DNA of 58,906 nucleotides, taken from the IMG/VR virus record IMGVR_UViG_3300027779_003675, positions 1 through 58,906 of that record, one strand, 5' to 3'. A program made the translations under genes and the position numbers. Each line of letters starts with the position of its first letter. Within the stretch, counting starts at the first letter, position 1. This DNA comes from a virus (Duplodnaviria; Caudoviricetes). Under the pieces are notes generated by a model, which had not been told where the DNA came from, did no database searches, and was given only the letters and a program-made list of their open reading frames with translations. This document shows positions 8,581 through 17,911 of the stretch, piece after piece.

Positions 8581-11148
8581 GACTTTTTCTGCTTTAAGAT
8601 CAGAAAGTTTTGTAAAGATCTTATTGCTTTGGACGACTATTACGTCTGCGAATACAGCTTCGTCTACTTTGGTTCCCCTGATTATAACGATATTCTTTTC
8701 TCGGGGTAGGCCGTCATTCGCTACTTTGCATTGTTCTAATTTCTCTTTGAAGATTAAAACTTTCGTAAATCCTGTTTCGTCGGAGATTGCTAGTCGGCAA
8801 TATTTGTTACCCTTCTTAGAGCTTCCTGAGTAGGGTTTTTCGTCCACCGTACCTATGAAGGCTACTTTAGTCTGTAGGTCCGCCTCTTCGATTTCCCTTA
8901 TGCTCATCAGCCCTTCGCGCTTACTTTTAAATATATCCTTCAGCATTCTTCCGTGCGTATACCCTAGTAAGTGTTTTTCGTAGTACCAGTTAGCGAAACT
9001 TTCTGATTTTTTGTTTTGGGCATATATGTCTCTGTATGGGGCGCATTTTTTTCTTATAGTTCCCATTCTGGACTCTCTAATTAGCGGTTTTCCTTTATCG
9101 TCTTTTTTTGAATCTAGAAGTTTTAAGAGGGCGACTAAGTCGTAGCTTCCTCCCTCGGAGTATTTCATGCATAACTGCTTTTCCTTTTGGGTTAGTATGT
9201 TCCAGAGCTGAGCTTCGTATACGACCTTGGTTCTGGATTGTTTGAAGCCTTCTAACGCTCCCGCCTGTATGAGGGCGCAAAGCGTTCCTATGTTAAGGAT
9301 AGCCTCACTTGCCGCTTGGAAGATTTCGAACTTATTTGCGTACTCGTTTTTAAAATCATTAAGTCGGTCTATGGATTTATCCGATATGCCTTTTATAGAA
9401 AGTAAGCCAAACCTTATGTCGTCTCCTTCGATTGAGAAGTCTAACTTAGACTTAACTATATGCGGGGCGAGAAGTTTAATATTGAAAAGGCTTAGTTCTC
9501 TTTCTATTTTTGATATTTCTTTAATTGGGTCTGGTTCATGGCGAGTCATCTTAAGGAGGGATAGGAAGAACTCCTTTGGGTGTTTGAATTTTAGGTAGGC
9601 AGTCGCTGCCGATAAGGAAGCGTAAGCTATAGAATGAGACTTGTTGAAGGAGTAGTTCGCTGAGTCCTCCAAGACTCCCCACAATACGTCTCCTACGTCG
9701 ACTTCACCTTTATTGCCCGTCCATTCGGAGGAGAGCCTGTTCTCTTTTACTTTCTCTCGGATTTTCTTTTTCCACTGCTTGACTTCTTTGATTTTCTTCT
9801 TACCTACTATCCTTCTTAGTATCTCCGCCTCGTCCAATGTGAAGCCGACTTTGTTTGCCATTTGCATCATTTGCTCTTGGTACAAGCAAACACCACCGGT
9901 TGTGGATAAAATGTCGTCAAATAAGGGGTGTATCGCTTCGTAGCTGTCGTTGTTGGTGTAGTTGGCGTATTGATCTACAAAGGCGAGTGCTCCCGGTCTC
10001 CCTAGCGCAAGTACCGCGCTTAGCTCTTCAAGGTTGCGGGGTTTAACTTTTTGGCAAACCCTGAAGTTGGTGTCGGCCTCTATCTGGAATAGCCCATGTG
10101 GGGCACGTAGGTCTTGTAGCTGCTGGTAAATGAAAGGATCGTTTAAATCTATATCCTTTACGTCTATGCCTATCTCTTTGCATGCGTTATCAACGACAGA
10201 TACGCTTCTTAGCCCTAAGATGTCTAATTTGACATTGAACAACGAGACCCAGTTCATGTCGTAAGAAGACACGATGTCTTTATCTGATGTGAGCTCGGTG
10301 GGGCAGCCCTCTTCTATATTGTCGTAAGACAACAATACTCCGGATGGGTGGGAGCCTTTATTCTTTATCAGGTTCCTTAGTCTGAGCGCCGTCTTGTATA
10401 CCTTTTCGTTTTCTCCGCACCAGCTATCGAAGTCTTCGGCCTCTTCTCTCGCCTCCTCTATGTCTTTAACCTTGCCGAATACCTTAGGGATAAAAGAGGA
10501 GACAGTGTTCATTTCGGACTCCTCTTTTCCTGCTACTATTTTTCCACACTCCTTCATTAGCAGTTTACCGCTAAGGGTGTTTAAGGTTAAAATTTTAGAG
10601 GTTTTGCCTTTGAATTTAGTATCCAAATACTCCAAGACCTTACTTCTGTTATAGTAGCAAACGTCGATGTCTACATCACACATTAGTGATCCGTCCAAAT
10701 AGGTAATATCGTCAATAATTTGCTTTTTAGCTCTTGTCTTAGAAATAAACCTCTCAAAGAATAGGTTGTATTTTATTGGGTCTATCTTGGTTACCCCTAT
10801 CCAGTAAAGCACAAGGCTTCCTGCTGCTGAGCCTCTTCCTAGGCCAACTGGTATTTCGTTTTTATTACAAAAATTAATAACGTCCCAAACTAAAAGTATA
10901 TAATCAACGAAACCCAAGTCTTCAAGCGTATCTAATTCGTACTTTGTTCTGTTCGTGTACTCTTCGGCTTTAGTCGGCTCGATCTCCTTGCTTAAAAGTT
11001 TTTTTTCGTAGCCCTCGAAACATAAAGACTTAAGGAAGCTTAAGTTGTCTACGTTTGTTTTATTTTCTTCTACTTTGAATTCAGGCAACCTAACCCCATG
11101 CATATCTATTTTTATGGGTCTAAATTGTTTTGTAAATTTTTCACTCAT
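8572..11148 (-). CDS. dnaE: DNA polymerase III alpha subunit lacking the PHP domain
   Basis: GLGRGSAAGSL, CDVDIDV, HPSGV, KLDILGL, LFQIE, YQEQ, YSFNKSH, IRFGL..IKGI, OB fold. Confidence 0.95.
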   Translation of the reverse strand: MSEKFTKQFRPIKIDMHGVRLPEFKVEENKTNVDNLSFLKSLCFEGYEKKLLSKEIEPTKAEEYTNRTKYELDTLEDLGFVDYILLVWDVINFCNKNEIPVGLGRGSAAGSLVLYWIGVTKIDPIKYNLFFERFISKTRAKKQIIDDITYLDGSLMCDVDIDVCYYNRSKVLEYLDTKFKGKTSKILTLNTLSGKLLMKECGKIVAGKEESEMNTVSSFIPKVFGKVKDIEEAREEAEDFDSWCGENEKVYKTALRLRNLIKNKGSHPSGVLLSYDNIEEGCPTELTSDKDIVSSYDMNWVSLFNVKLDILGLRSVSVVDNACKEIGIDVKDIDLNDPFIYQQLQDLRAPHGLFQIEADTNFRVCQKVKPRNLEELSAVLALGRPGALAFVDQYANYTNNDSYEAIHPLFDDILSTTGGVCLYQEQMMQMANKVGFTLDEAEILRRIVGKKKIKEVKQWKKKIREKVKENRLSSEWTGNKGEVDVGDVLWGVLEDSANYSFNKSHSIAYASLSAATAYLKFKHPKEFFLSLLKMTRHEPDPIKEISKIERELSLFNIKLLAPHIVKSKLDFSIEGDDIRFGLLSIKGISDKSIDRLNDFKNEYANKFEIFQAASEAILNIGTLCALIQAGALEGFKQSRTKVVYEAQLWNILTQKEKQLCMKYSEGGSYDLVALLKLLDSKKDDKGKPLIRESRMGTIRKKCAPYRDIYAQNKKSESFANWYYEKHLLGYTHGRMLKDIFKSKREGLMSIREIEEADLQTKVAFIGTVDEKPYSGSSKKGNKYCRLAISDETGFTKVLIFKEKLEQCKVANDGLPREKNIVIIRGTKVDEAVFADVIVVQSNKIFTKLSDLKAEKVLT

Positions 11149-11344
11149 TTCTTTTGCCTTCTTTTATTCCTATTCTTTTTAATATTTGCTTCAGGGACTT
11201 GACGGCTTCTTCGTCCGACAACCTATAAAACACGTTTGACCTGTCGGCGTTTTCTTCTCCCGATCTTTTAATTGTTACTATAAAATAATCGTACTCTTGG
11301 TCTTCGAGTTTATCTTTGAGGTCGTATACGAAATCTAAAGACAT
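11141..11344 (-). CDS. Hypothetical protein
   Basis: 67 aa, fills the gap in the replication operon. Confidence 0.7.
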   Translation of the reverse strand: MSLDFVYDLKDKLEDQEYDYFIVTIKRSGEENADRSNVFYRLSDEEAVKSLKQILKRIGIKEGKRNE

Positions 11345-11345
11345 G

Positions 11346-11987
11346 TTAAACTTCGACGCTCCATTTTATCTTATTCCAGACTTTTAGGTTGAGTTTCAAA
11401 TCTACTAGTGCGTCGTGCAGGTTATCGTAGTCGTGTTCTATATTGTACTCTTTCCCTAGGGCCTTAAGGTTCGACCTCACTCCTTTTTGCCTTTTGTGTA
11501 GTATTTTGTATTGATAGGCGGTAAGGGAATCTACTTTTCTGTTGTAGGGTATTCCGTATTTTATACCCCTAGCTAGGTAGTTGGTGTCTATAATCTTGTC
11601 AACTAGGTGGCTATAGCTCCTACCCATTGATCTGTAGAGGCTTTTTATTAAAAAGATATCGAACCCTAATAAATTGTGCCCGGCGATGTAGTCGCAGTTA
11701 TCGAGCTGTTCTGATATTATGCTGAAGGCTTGAATCTTGTCTATCGCCTTTGACTCATGTAGCTTGCGGTTGAATCTGGTTATCTGTGCGGCCTCTTTGC
11801 TTATTTTGAGGTCGGTGTCCCACTTTATATGTATGTCCCATGAGTTGACAGCTTTGTCGCCTTTACATCTTATCATTGCTATCTGCCAAGGCAGGTTGTG
11901 AACCTCGTTAAGGCAAAGGTTGAAGGTCTCGCAGTCTATGAAGACTATTTCCTTCTCTTTATCGTATCTAAGAAGATCTTCGTCCAT
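11346..11987 (-). CDS. dnaQ: DEDDh 3'-5' exonuclease (DnaQ/epsilon-like)
   Basis: FIDCET, AGHNLLGFD, IIDT, LHDALVD. Confidence 0.88.
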   Translation of the reverse strand: MDEDLLRYDKEKEIVFIDCETFNLCLNEVHNLPWQIAMIRCKGDKAVNSWDIHIKWDTDLKISKEAAQITRFNRKLHESKAIDKIQAFSIISEQLDNCDYIAGHNLLGFDIFLIKSLYRSMGRSYSHLVDKIIDTNYLARGIKYGIPYNRKVDSLTAYQYKILHKRQKGVRSNLKALGKEYNIEHDYDNLHDALVDLKLNLKVWNKIKWSVEV

Positions 11988-11991
11988 TACT

Positions 11992-12618
11992 TTACCTTGC
12001 TTCTAATTGCTCTTGGAAATTTGCATCATACTTTCCTGAGTCTAATTTATTAAGAAACGCCTTAAGCATAATTGCAGATTCTGATTCCACTTCTAAAAAA
12101 CGTCCTTTTTTATCTCTGCCTTGGGGTTCAACAAGGAACTTGCTTAGGAGTCTTGTTTCCTGACATTCCGAACCTGTGAAATCGGGAATTCCCCAACACA
12201 AATCAAACCACTCTGTTTTTCCTTCCAGCGTAGGCCAATTCTCGAAGCCCCCCTCGTATCCATTTTCGTGCCTAATATTGCAGTAGTCATACTCTTTATG
12301 AAGGGACTCTTCCGATAGCTTGGTCGATTCTCTTTTGGCAGCTATAATTCTAAAACTACCCTTCCAGTCTGTTACATTTTCGTATTTCCGGCTTAGCTTT
12401 GAGAGTCTAGCTTCAGGGCGATGAGATCTGCCTATCTTATAAATAGCCTTACAACCCCAAGGATATTCATCTAGAAACGTCCATTTCATTACGTAGACAT
12501 ACTTATTGAGGTAATCTTCTTGATGGGCCTGTATCCAAGTTAAGCCTTCCAAATCGCCCTTGTCAACAAGGAGATTCCTAAGGGTTTGGTATCTTTTGAG
12601 GTTTCTTTTGTAATCCAT
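11992..12618 (-). CDS. T5orf172/GIY-YIG family nuclease
   Basis: YVYVM, YKIGRS, E..LH, TEWF. Confidence 0.75.
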   Translation of the reverse strand: MDYKRNLKRYQTLRNLLVDKGDLEGLTWIQAHQEDYLNKYVYVMKWTFLDEYPWGCKAIYKIGRSHRPEARLSKLSRKYENVTDWKGSFRIIAAKRESTKLSEESLHKEYDYCNIRHENGYEGGFENWPTLEGKTEWFDLCWGIPDFTGSECQETRLLSKFLVEPQGRDKKGRFLEVESESAIMLKAFLNKLDSGKYDANFQEQLEAR

Positions 12619-13085
12619 TATACTGACAGTTTATGAATTGGAATATTATAGCAATCGGCCTTAAAGATGAAGTTATTGTCGGGGTCGACTTCTCCTTTTT
12701 TATGAAAGATGGCGGTTTCATAAAATTCCTTTTTGCTTATTTTGCCTAAATACCAAGCTTCTTTTAGGTCGTCCAATACGCTTACGAAAGCGTACTCGTC
12801 GCAGTCTTGTCTGGTGTTGAAGTCAGCAACCGAACATTCGTAGTAATTTCTTGGGGGTACGGTTCTTTCTTTTGTTTTAACGTCCACCTTGGTTTCTCCG
12901 TAGACGATATCGTAGTCGTAGGTATCTTCTATCTCGCCTCCGAGGACATGCTTGGCTACCTCTTCGCCTATATAAGCTACCATTTTGCCTTCCCCTTTTC
13001 TTATAGAGTTGTTGAGTAGCGGCAGCTTCTCAGCTCTTACCTTTGCTCTATCTAGCGCCGTTTTAGTTATTTTGAATTTTCTCAT
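12618..13085 (-). CDS. Putative PD-(D/E)xK nuclease-fold phage protein
   Basis: GEE..YDYDI..KVDVKTK. Confidence 0.6.
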   Translation of the reverse strand: MRKFKITKTALDRAKVRAEKLPLLNNSIRKGEGKMVAYIGEEVAKHVLGGEIEDTYDYDIVYGETKVDVKTKERTVPPRNYYECSVADFNTRQDCDEYAFVSVLDDLKEAWYLGKISKKEFYETAIFHKKGEVDPDNNFIFKADCYNIPIHKLSV

Positions 13086-13827
13086 TATAGCTCTCGAAGC
13101 AAAATTCGTCAGAACACATATGATCCATGTTTGGTTTATCTAACGTCGTCCTCTTTCCTATGCACTTAAATGTTAGATAATCTTTGAAGTCCTTTTTGTT
13201 TTTATAGAAGATACTTTTGGTATTAACGATTTCATGCTTGTCTCCGGCGTACTGTTTTACCTTGGCTTTCACTAGGTGGTCGAATGGAACGTCGTTGTCT
13301 TCAATGAAAAAGGTTAAGGGGATCGAATTCGTGTCCGGTATACATACCGAGGTCGTTAGGAGATTCTTAAATAAGAAGGAGTCGTAGAATGGCACGCAGA
13401 GGGAAAGGTGTTTGTTGTCCCAGTTCGATTTGATTGCGCTGTAATCCAGTCTGGGTTCGTAATAGAAGCCTTCTTTTGCCGCTATGCTGTAGAGCTTGAT
13501 TAGTTTTTTATATCCTTGAGAGTCTTTAGCAAATATTATAAACTTACATGAGTTCTCTACTGATTCTGCGTTTTTTGTTTCTATGTTTCCGCATACAGTA
13601 ACCCTTATCCCAAAGTGAAGCCCTATCTTAGCTTCCTTAAGGTTGCTATAGGCTTCTAAGAGTCCACTCATTGTGTCCTCGACTACAAAAACTTTTTTGA
13701 TTTCGGCTGAGTGAGCTATGTCGACGATTGAATCCGGCTCGTTCTCCTTGGAAGAGCCTAGCCCCCTGAAGGTGAGAACTGACCTGCCGATGCTATAATG
13801 TGACTTGAATAATGGAACGAGATCCAT
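13063..13827 (-). CDS. Stand-alone PHP domain of Pol III alpha
   Basis: LFKSHYSIGRS, IIFAKDSQGYKKLIKL, EGFYYEPRLD match the DnaE N-terminus. Confidence 0.85.
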   Translation of the reverse strand: MDLVPLFKSHYSIGRSVLTFRGLGSSKENEPDSIVDIAHSAEIKKVFVVEDTMSGLLEAYSNLKEAKIGLHFGIRVTVCGNIETKNAESVENSCKFIIFAKDSQGYKKLIKLYSIAAKEGFYYEPRLDYSAIKSNWDNKHLSLCVPFYDSFLFKNLLTTSVCIPDTNSIPLTFFIEDNDVPFDHLVKAKVKQYAGDKHEIVNTKSIFYKNKKDFKDYLTFKCIGKRTTLDKPNMDHMCSDEFCFESYNEKIQNN

Positions 13828-13833
13828 GGGTAT

Positions 13834-13862
13834 ACCTTATGCGGTTTCTGGGGTTAAGTCAA
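13834..13862 (-). promoter_or_regulatory. sigma70-like promoter, leaderless
   Basis: TTGACT-N17-TAAGGT-N6-ATG(13827). Confidence 0.72.
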
Positions 13863-13866
13863 GCTT

Positions 13867-14829
13867 TTAAAAGTCCAAAGGGTCTTCCCCTTTACTGGCC
13901 CAAGCTGGGCAGCCTTCGTACTTGGCTTTTTCGACAGTCTCGTTTTCGTTTGCTTCAAGGTCGTCTTTAAAGGAGGATCTAAGAACCTTCCCTTCTCCAT
14001 CTACGACCCTATAGTAGTCGAAGGGGTCTATGTAGGGGCATCTCCAAGTTCTTCCGGCCTTGCATAGCCACTGCACTTTTCTCTTGTCTTTCGCGTAGCT
14101 AGTTTTGCCGAGCTCTTCGTCAAAGTTATTTATAATTTCGTAAACATGACCTAGGTAAGACTCTAGCCCTTTGAGTTCTTCGTCTGTGAATTCAAGTTCC
14201 TGTGTGGGTGCCTTAGGGAATCTGAGGAATAAAAACTCGACTTTGGGTTTTAGCTCTGGCCAAGCCTTCTTGGCGGCTAATGAGTATATCATCGCCTGCA
14301 TGTTCCCGCAAAGTTCGTCTTTTGAGAATTTCTTTTTGCTTGATTTGTAGTCTACAATTTTTACCTCTTTGGACCCTTCGTACCTTATAGGCTTGTCTAT
14401 AAAGCCTCTGGCTTTGTACTTTGGGTTTTCATTCTCAAGGAGGAACTCGTACTCTGGCTCGATTACTTCTCCTCCTTTTCCGAAAAAGTCATGCTTAAGC
14501 CCTACTACTATCATTTTATCTAATAGGTCGTAATTTTCGGGGCTGGTCATGGGTAGGTCGTGTTTCTTTTCGAACTTGCGGCAATACTTTTCGACCATCC
14601 TTCTTACTGCTGGGCTGGCAGATAGGGAGAAGTTTTTATATATTGCGTTGAAGTGACTAATGTGCCTTGGGTTTAGCAATAGCTCAAACACCAAATGCAC
14701 TATAGTACCCCTCAGAGCCCCTTCGTTTTGTTTTTGGGGCAACTTTAGGTGGTAGTTGCACCAATATATCCAAGTGCAATTCTCGAGGGTTTTCGTTCTC
14801 GAGGCTGATATTATTCTTTCGTCTGCCAT
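13867..14829 (-). CDS. PD-(D/E)xK RecB/Cas4-like exonuclease
   Basis: ISASR..C, GTIVH, RGFID, IVDYKS, QAMIY, C-terminal cysteines. Confidence 0.85.
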   Translation of the reverse strand: MADERIISASRTKTLENCTWIYWCNYHLKLPQKQNEGALRGTIVHLVFELLLNPRHISHFNAIYKNFSLSASPAVRRMVEKYCRKFEKKHDLPMTSPENYDLLDKMIVVGLKHDFFGKGGEVIEPEYEFLLENENPKYKARGFIDKPIRYEGSKEVKIVDYKSSKKKFSKDELCGNMQAMIYSLAAKKAWPELKPKVEFLFLRFPKAPTQELEFTDEELKGLESYLGHVYEIINNFDEELGKTSYAKDKRKVQWLCKAGRTWRCPYIDPFDYYRVVDGEGKVLRSSFKDDLEANENETVEKAKYEGCPAWASKGEDPLDF

Positions 14830-15719
14830 TTTAGTATCTCCTCAGTATTCATTTCTCCGAAGTCGTTCTTTGTCGGTAGCTTTATTTCCAGTTGGCGTTT
14901 ATCAAAGTATTTAGAAAGCTTCTTGTACGTTTTGTCTGCCGCAATGTTTCCGGCGCTGCTCTTTGATTCGTCATTATTAAGGGCTATCGTTATTTTGTTT
15001 GGGTCTTCCCTAAGCAGGAAGTTAACTAAGCTGTTGCTGACTTCTAATCCGAAGGCGACCATGGTGTTTTTTATTCCTGCCGTCCATAAGGAGAGCATGT
15101 CCCCTATGCTTTCGACTATTATAGCTTTTTTTGTGTCATTTATAATAGAGTAGTTGACTTGTAGTGGGTATCTCCAGCTAGATTTATCCCCTATGTGTTT
15201 CCACTTTGGTCTTGAGCTTGAGGAGGAGGATTGGATGTCTCTGCCTGTGAATCCTATTATTTCTTCTTTACCATTTAGTATAGGAAAGACGTATCTGTTT
15301 TTCATTTTTCCTTCGGAGACCACTCCCCCTTTAAACAGTTTCATTACTTCTATCGGTACTCCTCTCTTTATCCAGTATTCGTGATTTGGTTCTAATTTCT
15401 GTAGCGTCATATTGGAGTATTTTTTTGTAGCTTTTATTAGCGGTTTGTTTTCCGTAAGGATCGCGTCGGGCGCTATTTGCTTTTCGCTTAGCCAAGTTCT
15501 TGCTTCGCTTAGATTCTTGAGTCCCATGGTTATTTTAACCAAGTCAGCAAACGAGCCTTTCGCGTTCTGCCCGTAATCCACAAAGAATCCTGTTTCTTTA
15601 TCTACCTTCAGGGAACTGCTATTTCCAGAGTCCCTATATATAGGGCGCATTCTATACTCTCTTGTATTTTCGCAAATATTGCTATACCCCATGTCCGCTA
15701 AGGCTTCTCGGTAATTCAT
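14811..15719 (-). CDS. dnaG: DNA primase (TOPRIM)
   Basis: RYVFPI..GFTGR, PKWKH, IIVESIGD, ALNND, KNDFGE. Confidence 0.88.
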   Translation of the reverse strand: MNYREALADMGYSNICENTREYRMRPIYRDSGNSSSLKVDKETGFFVDYGQNAKGSFADLVKITMGLKNLSEARTWLSEKQIAPDAILTENKPLIKATKKYSNMTLQKLEPNHEYWIKRGVPIEVMKLFKGGVVSEGKMKNRYVFPILNGKEEIIGFTGRDIQSSSSSSRPKWKHIGDKSSWRYPLQVNYSIINDTKKAIIVESIGDMLSLWTAGIKNTMVAFGLEVSNSLVNFLLREDPNKITIALNNDESKSSAGNIAADKTYKKLSKYFDKRQLEIKLPTKNDFGEMNTEEILKWQTKE

Positions 15720-17203
15720 ATCAACTCCCCATCGTTACTTCTTTCGTCGTTGAGTTCGTGTTGTTCGGATTGAGCCTCCATTATATCGTTTAGCGAGCCG
15801 TGTTCGGTTACTCCAAAGTTTTCGACGCCGAAGTTTAGGTAGTTGTTTACGTACTTTTCTGATCCGTCTTCAAACGTTCTCCTTATTAAGTCGTGATGCC
15901 CTGCGGCGTCCTTACCTTGAAACCTTGTCTTGAGAGGGATCAGCTTATGTGACCCGAACCTTTCCTGACCTCCGTCTAGGGCTATTTCGTCTATCGTTTT
16001 TCTTCTGAAGATAGCTACAAAGGCGGCGAACCACTGGAGCCTGTCGGATAGCGCTATAGCGGAGCTATCATCAAGTATGTCTGACGACTTTCTGTTGTGG
16101 GTTTCTCCCGAACGGTTCATTTGCATTGCTGTGATTATGGGGGCGTTGATTTCTTCCGACAACTTCTTTAGCTTATCGATCTTTTCCCCTATTGCTTGAT
16201 GCTCTGCCCAATTTCTTTCTACTTTTTCCCCTGTAAGTTTAACGTAGTCGTATGCGACTATACATTTATTGCCCCTTCCTACTTGTGAGTAGTACCATCT
16301 TCTGACTATCGAGCAAACTTGATCTATGTTTCTGTTACCGACGTGGTAGTGCATATATTTGAATTTCTTCATTTTTTGTATGCCCTCCCTGACCTTCTCG
16401 ACCATTTTTTTATCTTTTCTCCAGTTGCCGGTTTCTATATACCACATGGGTACGTTAGATATCGAGGCTGCCATTCTGAACTGCATCTCCTCTCTGCTCA
16501 TTTCTGTGTCAAGAATTAACGCCGGGACATTATGCTTAACGGAAGTCTTGAAGCACATGTCGTTTATCCAAGTGGTTTTTCCTTGGGCTGGCCTAGACAC
16601 TATAGCGTAGATATTTCCCTGACGTAGGCCTCCGTACATTCTGTTGAATTCTGGGTAGGGTGTTGATAGGCCGCTTTCTGTTTCTGGCTCGTTGCCTCTT
16701 GTTTCTATAAGGTCGCCGATACCCTCAAAGAGATCTTCTGGCTTATCGTTAAGCTCGTAAGAGGACATCTTCTCTCCGTATATGGCGTCGGCTCCAGATA
16801 TGATAGCGTCTATAGATTCGTTAGTGCTGGACGCTGCGAATCTTTTTAGTTTGTCGGATGTCCCGCTAACCTCTCTTAGTATCCTGTATTTAACTAGCTC
16901 TTTAGCCGCGTCTATAGTTCCTCTCTCCGTTATCTGAGTGAAAGAGATATTTTCTATGTAGTCAAATACGTTTATGTCGTCCTTGAAAGATACCCCTAGG
17001 TTTTTTATTTTTTGAGAGAGAAGGACTTTATCTGGCTTTTCTTTACTGACGATAGCGTCCCTTAAGACGCAGTATATGGTCTGGTGTATCGAATTGAAGA
17101 AGTCGCTCTCGCTTACGAATTGATCTACGTCTGGGAAAACCTTAGGGTTTTTAATTATACCGCCCAGCAAGTGCTTTTCTACCTGTAGTGAATATATTGA
17201 CAT
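15716..17203 (-). CDS. dnaB: Replicative DNA helicase
   Basis: SRPAQGKT, DTEMS, YDYVK, AMQMNR, LKTRF and the N-terminal DnaB domain. Confidence 0.93.
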   Translation of the reverse strand: MSIYSLQVEKHLLGGIIKNPKVFPDVDQFVSESDFFNSIHQTIYCVLRDAIVSKEKPDKVLLSQKIKNLGVSFKDDINVFDYIENISFTQITERGTIDAAKELVKYRILREVSGTSDKLKRFAASSTNESIDAIISGADAIYGEKMSSYELNDKPEDLFEGIGDLIETRGNEPETESGLSTPYPEFNRMYGGLRQGNIYAIVSRPAQGKTTWINDMCFKTSVKHNVPALILDTEMSREEMQFRMAASISNVPMWYIETGNWRKDKKMVEKVREGIQKMKKFKYMHYHVGNRNIDQVCSIVRRWYYSQVGRGNKCIVAYDYVKLTGEKVERNWAEHQAIGEKIDKLKKLSEEINAPIITAMQMNRSGETHNRKSSDILDDSSAIALSDRLQWFAAFVAIFRRKTIDEIALDGGQERFGSHKLIPLKTRFQGKDAAGHHDLIRRTFEDGSEKYVNNYLNFGVENFGVTEHGSLNDIMEAQSEQHELNDERSNDGELI

Positions 17204-17221
17204 TTGAAATTTAGAAGTTGA

Positions 17222-17482
17222 TTAAAAGGGGAGGTTGTCGTCGTCTGTTGAGTCGTCAAGGTTTTCATTGATACCTTTCATTAGGTTCTCTATCGTTACT
17301 TGGTCTACGGCTTCAGCCCAGCTTTTCACGTAAGCGGTTAAAGCCATCGCAAAAAGGTTATTATCAAAGTGGGAGTCTACGGAGACTTCTCCTGTATTAT
17401 CGCATGTAAAAAGAATAAATCCTCCGCCTGTGCATTCGTTGATTTGAGATAAAATTGAGTTTGGTATCTTGCTCTTGGGCAT
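17222..17482 (-). CDS. Hypothetical protein with an SSB-like C-terminal tail
   Basis: Ends DDSTDDDNLPF. Confidence 0.7.
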   Translation of the reverse strand: MPKSKIPNSILSQINECTGGGFILFTCDNTGEVSVDSHFDNNLFAMALTAYVKSWAEAVDQVTIENLMKGINENLDDSTDDDNLPF

Positions 17483-17491
17483 AGTCTGTAA

Positions 17492-17911
17492 TTATACTAG
17501 TGTGATGTTGTACTTGTCTTTGAAAAAGCTCTCACTTATAGTTGGCGCTTCATCTTGCATTACTTCAACTAGTAGGAAGCCGTTTTTTTCTAGCCATTGG
17601 CTTTTCTTTACGTCTCTCTTTATAGATTGCAGGTATTTAAATCTGGAGTTTGAGTGAAAGTGTTTATTGAATTCCTGATGTTGCCTGCCTTGAACTTCTA
17701 TAGCTATCTTTGTGGTTGCGTCTAGCAGGTCCACCTTCAGCCGTGTGCCGTATACTGGAAACTCTTCGTACACTATGTGGTTTTCCCAATACTTTTTCAT
17801 AAAAGCCTTCACTTGGAATTGTATTTTTGATCGGCATTTCGCGTTCCACTTTACTCTAAATCTTTCTACGTTCTTGTATTGGAGTCTTCCGAAGACGTTG
17901 TAAAGCCTCAT
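17492..17911 (-). CDS. DUF559/Vsr-like endonuclease
   Basis: EEFP..LKVD..IAIEVQGRQH..RD..K..W. Confidence 0.75.
   Translation of the reverse strand: MRLYNVFGRLQYKNVERFRVKWNAKCRSKIQFQVKAFMKKYWENHIVYEEFPVYGTRLKVDLLDATTKIAIEVQGRQHQEFNKHFHSNSRFKYLQSIKRDVKKSQWLEKNGFLLVEVMQDEAPTISESFFKDKYNITLV

Noticed and set aside
8572-13827. Split intein in DnaE
   Set aside because: No intein N-terminal C/S block or C-terminal HN motif at the fragment ends
13867-14829. CRISPR-Cas locus (Cas4)
   Set aside because: No other cas genes or repeat-spacer array; solo Cas4/RecB-like nucleases are common in phage replication clusters
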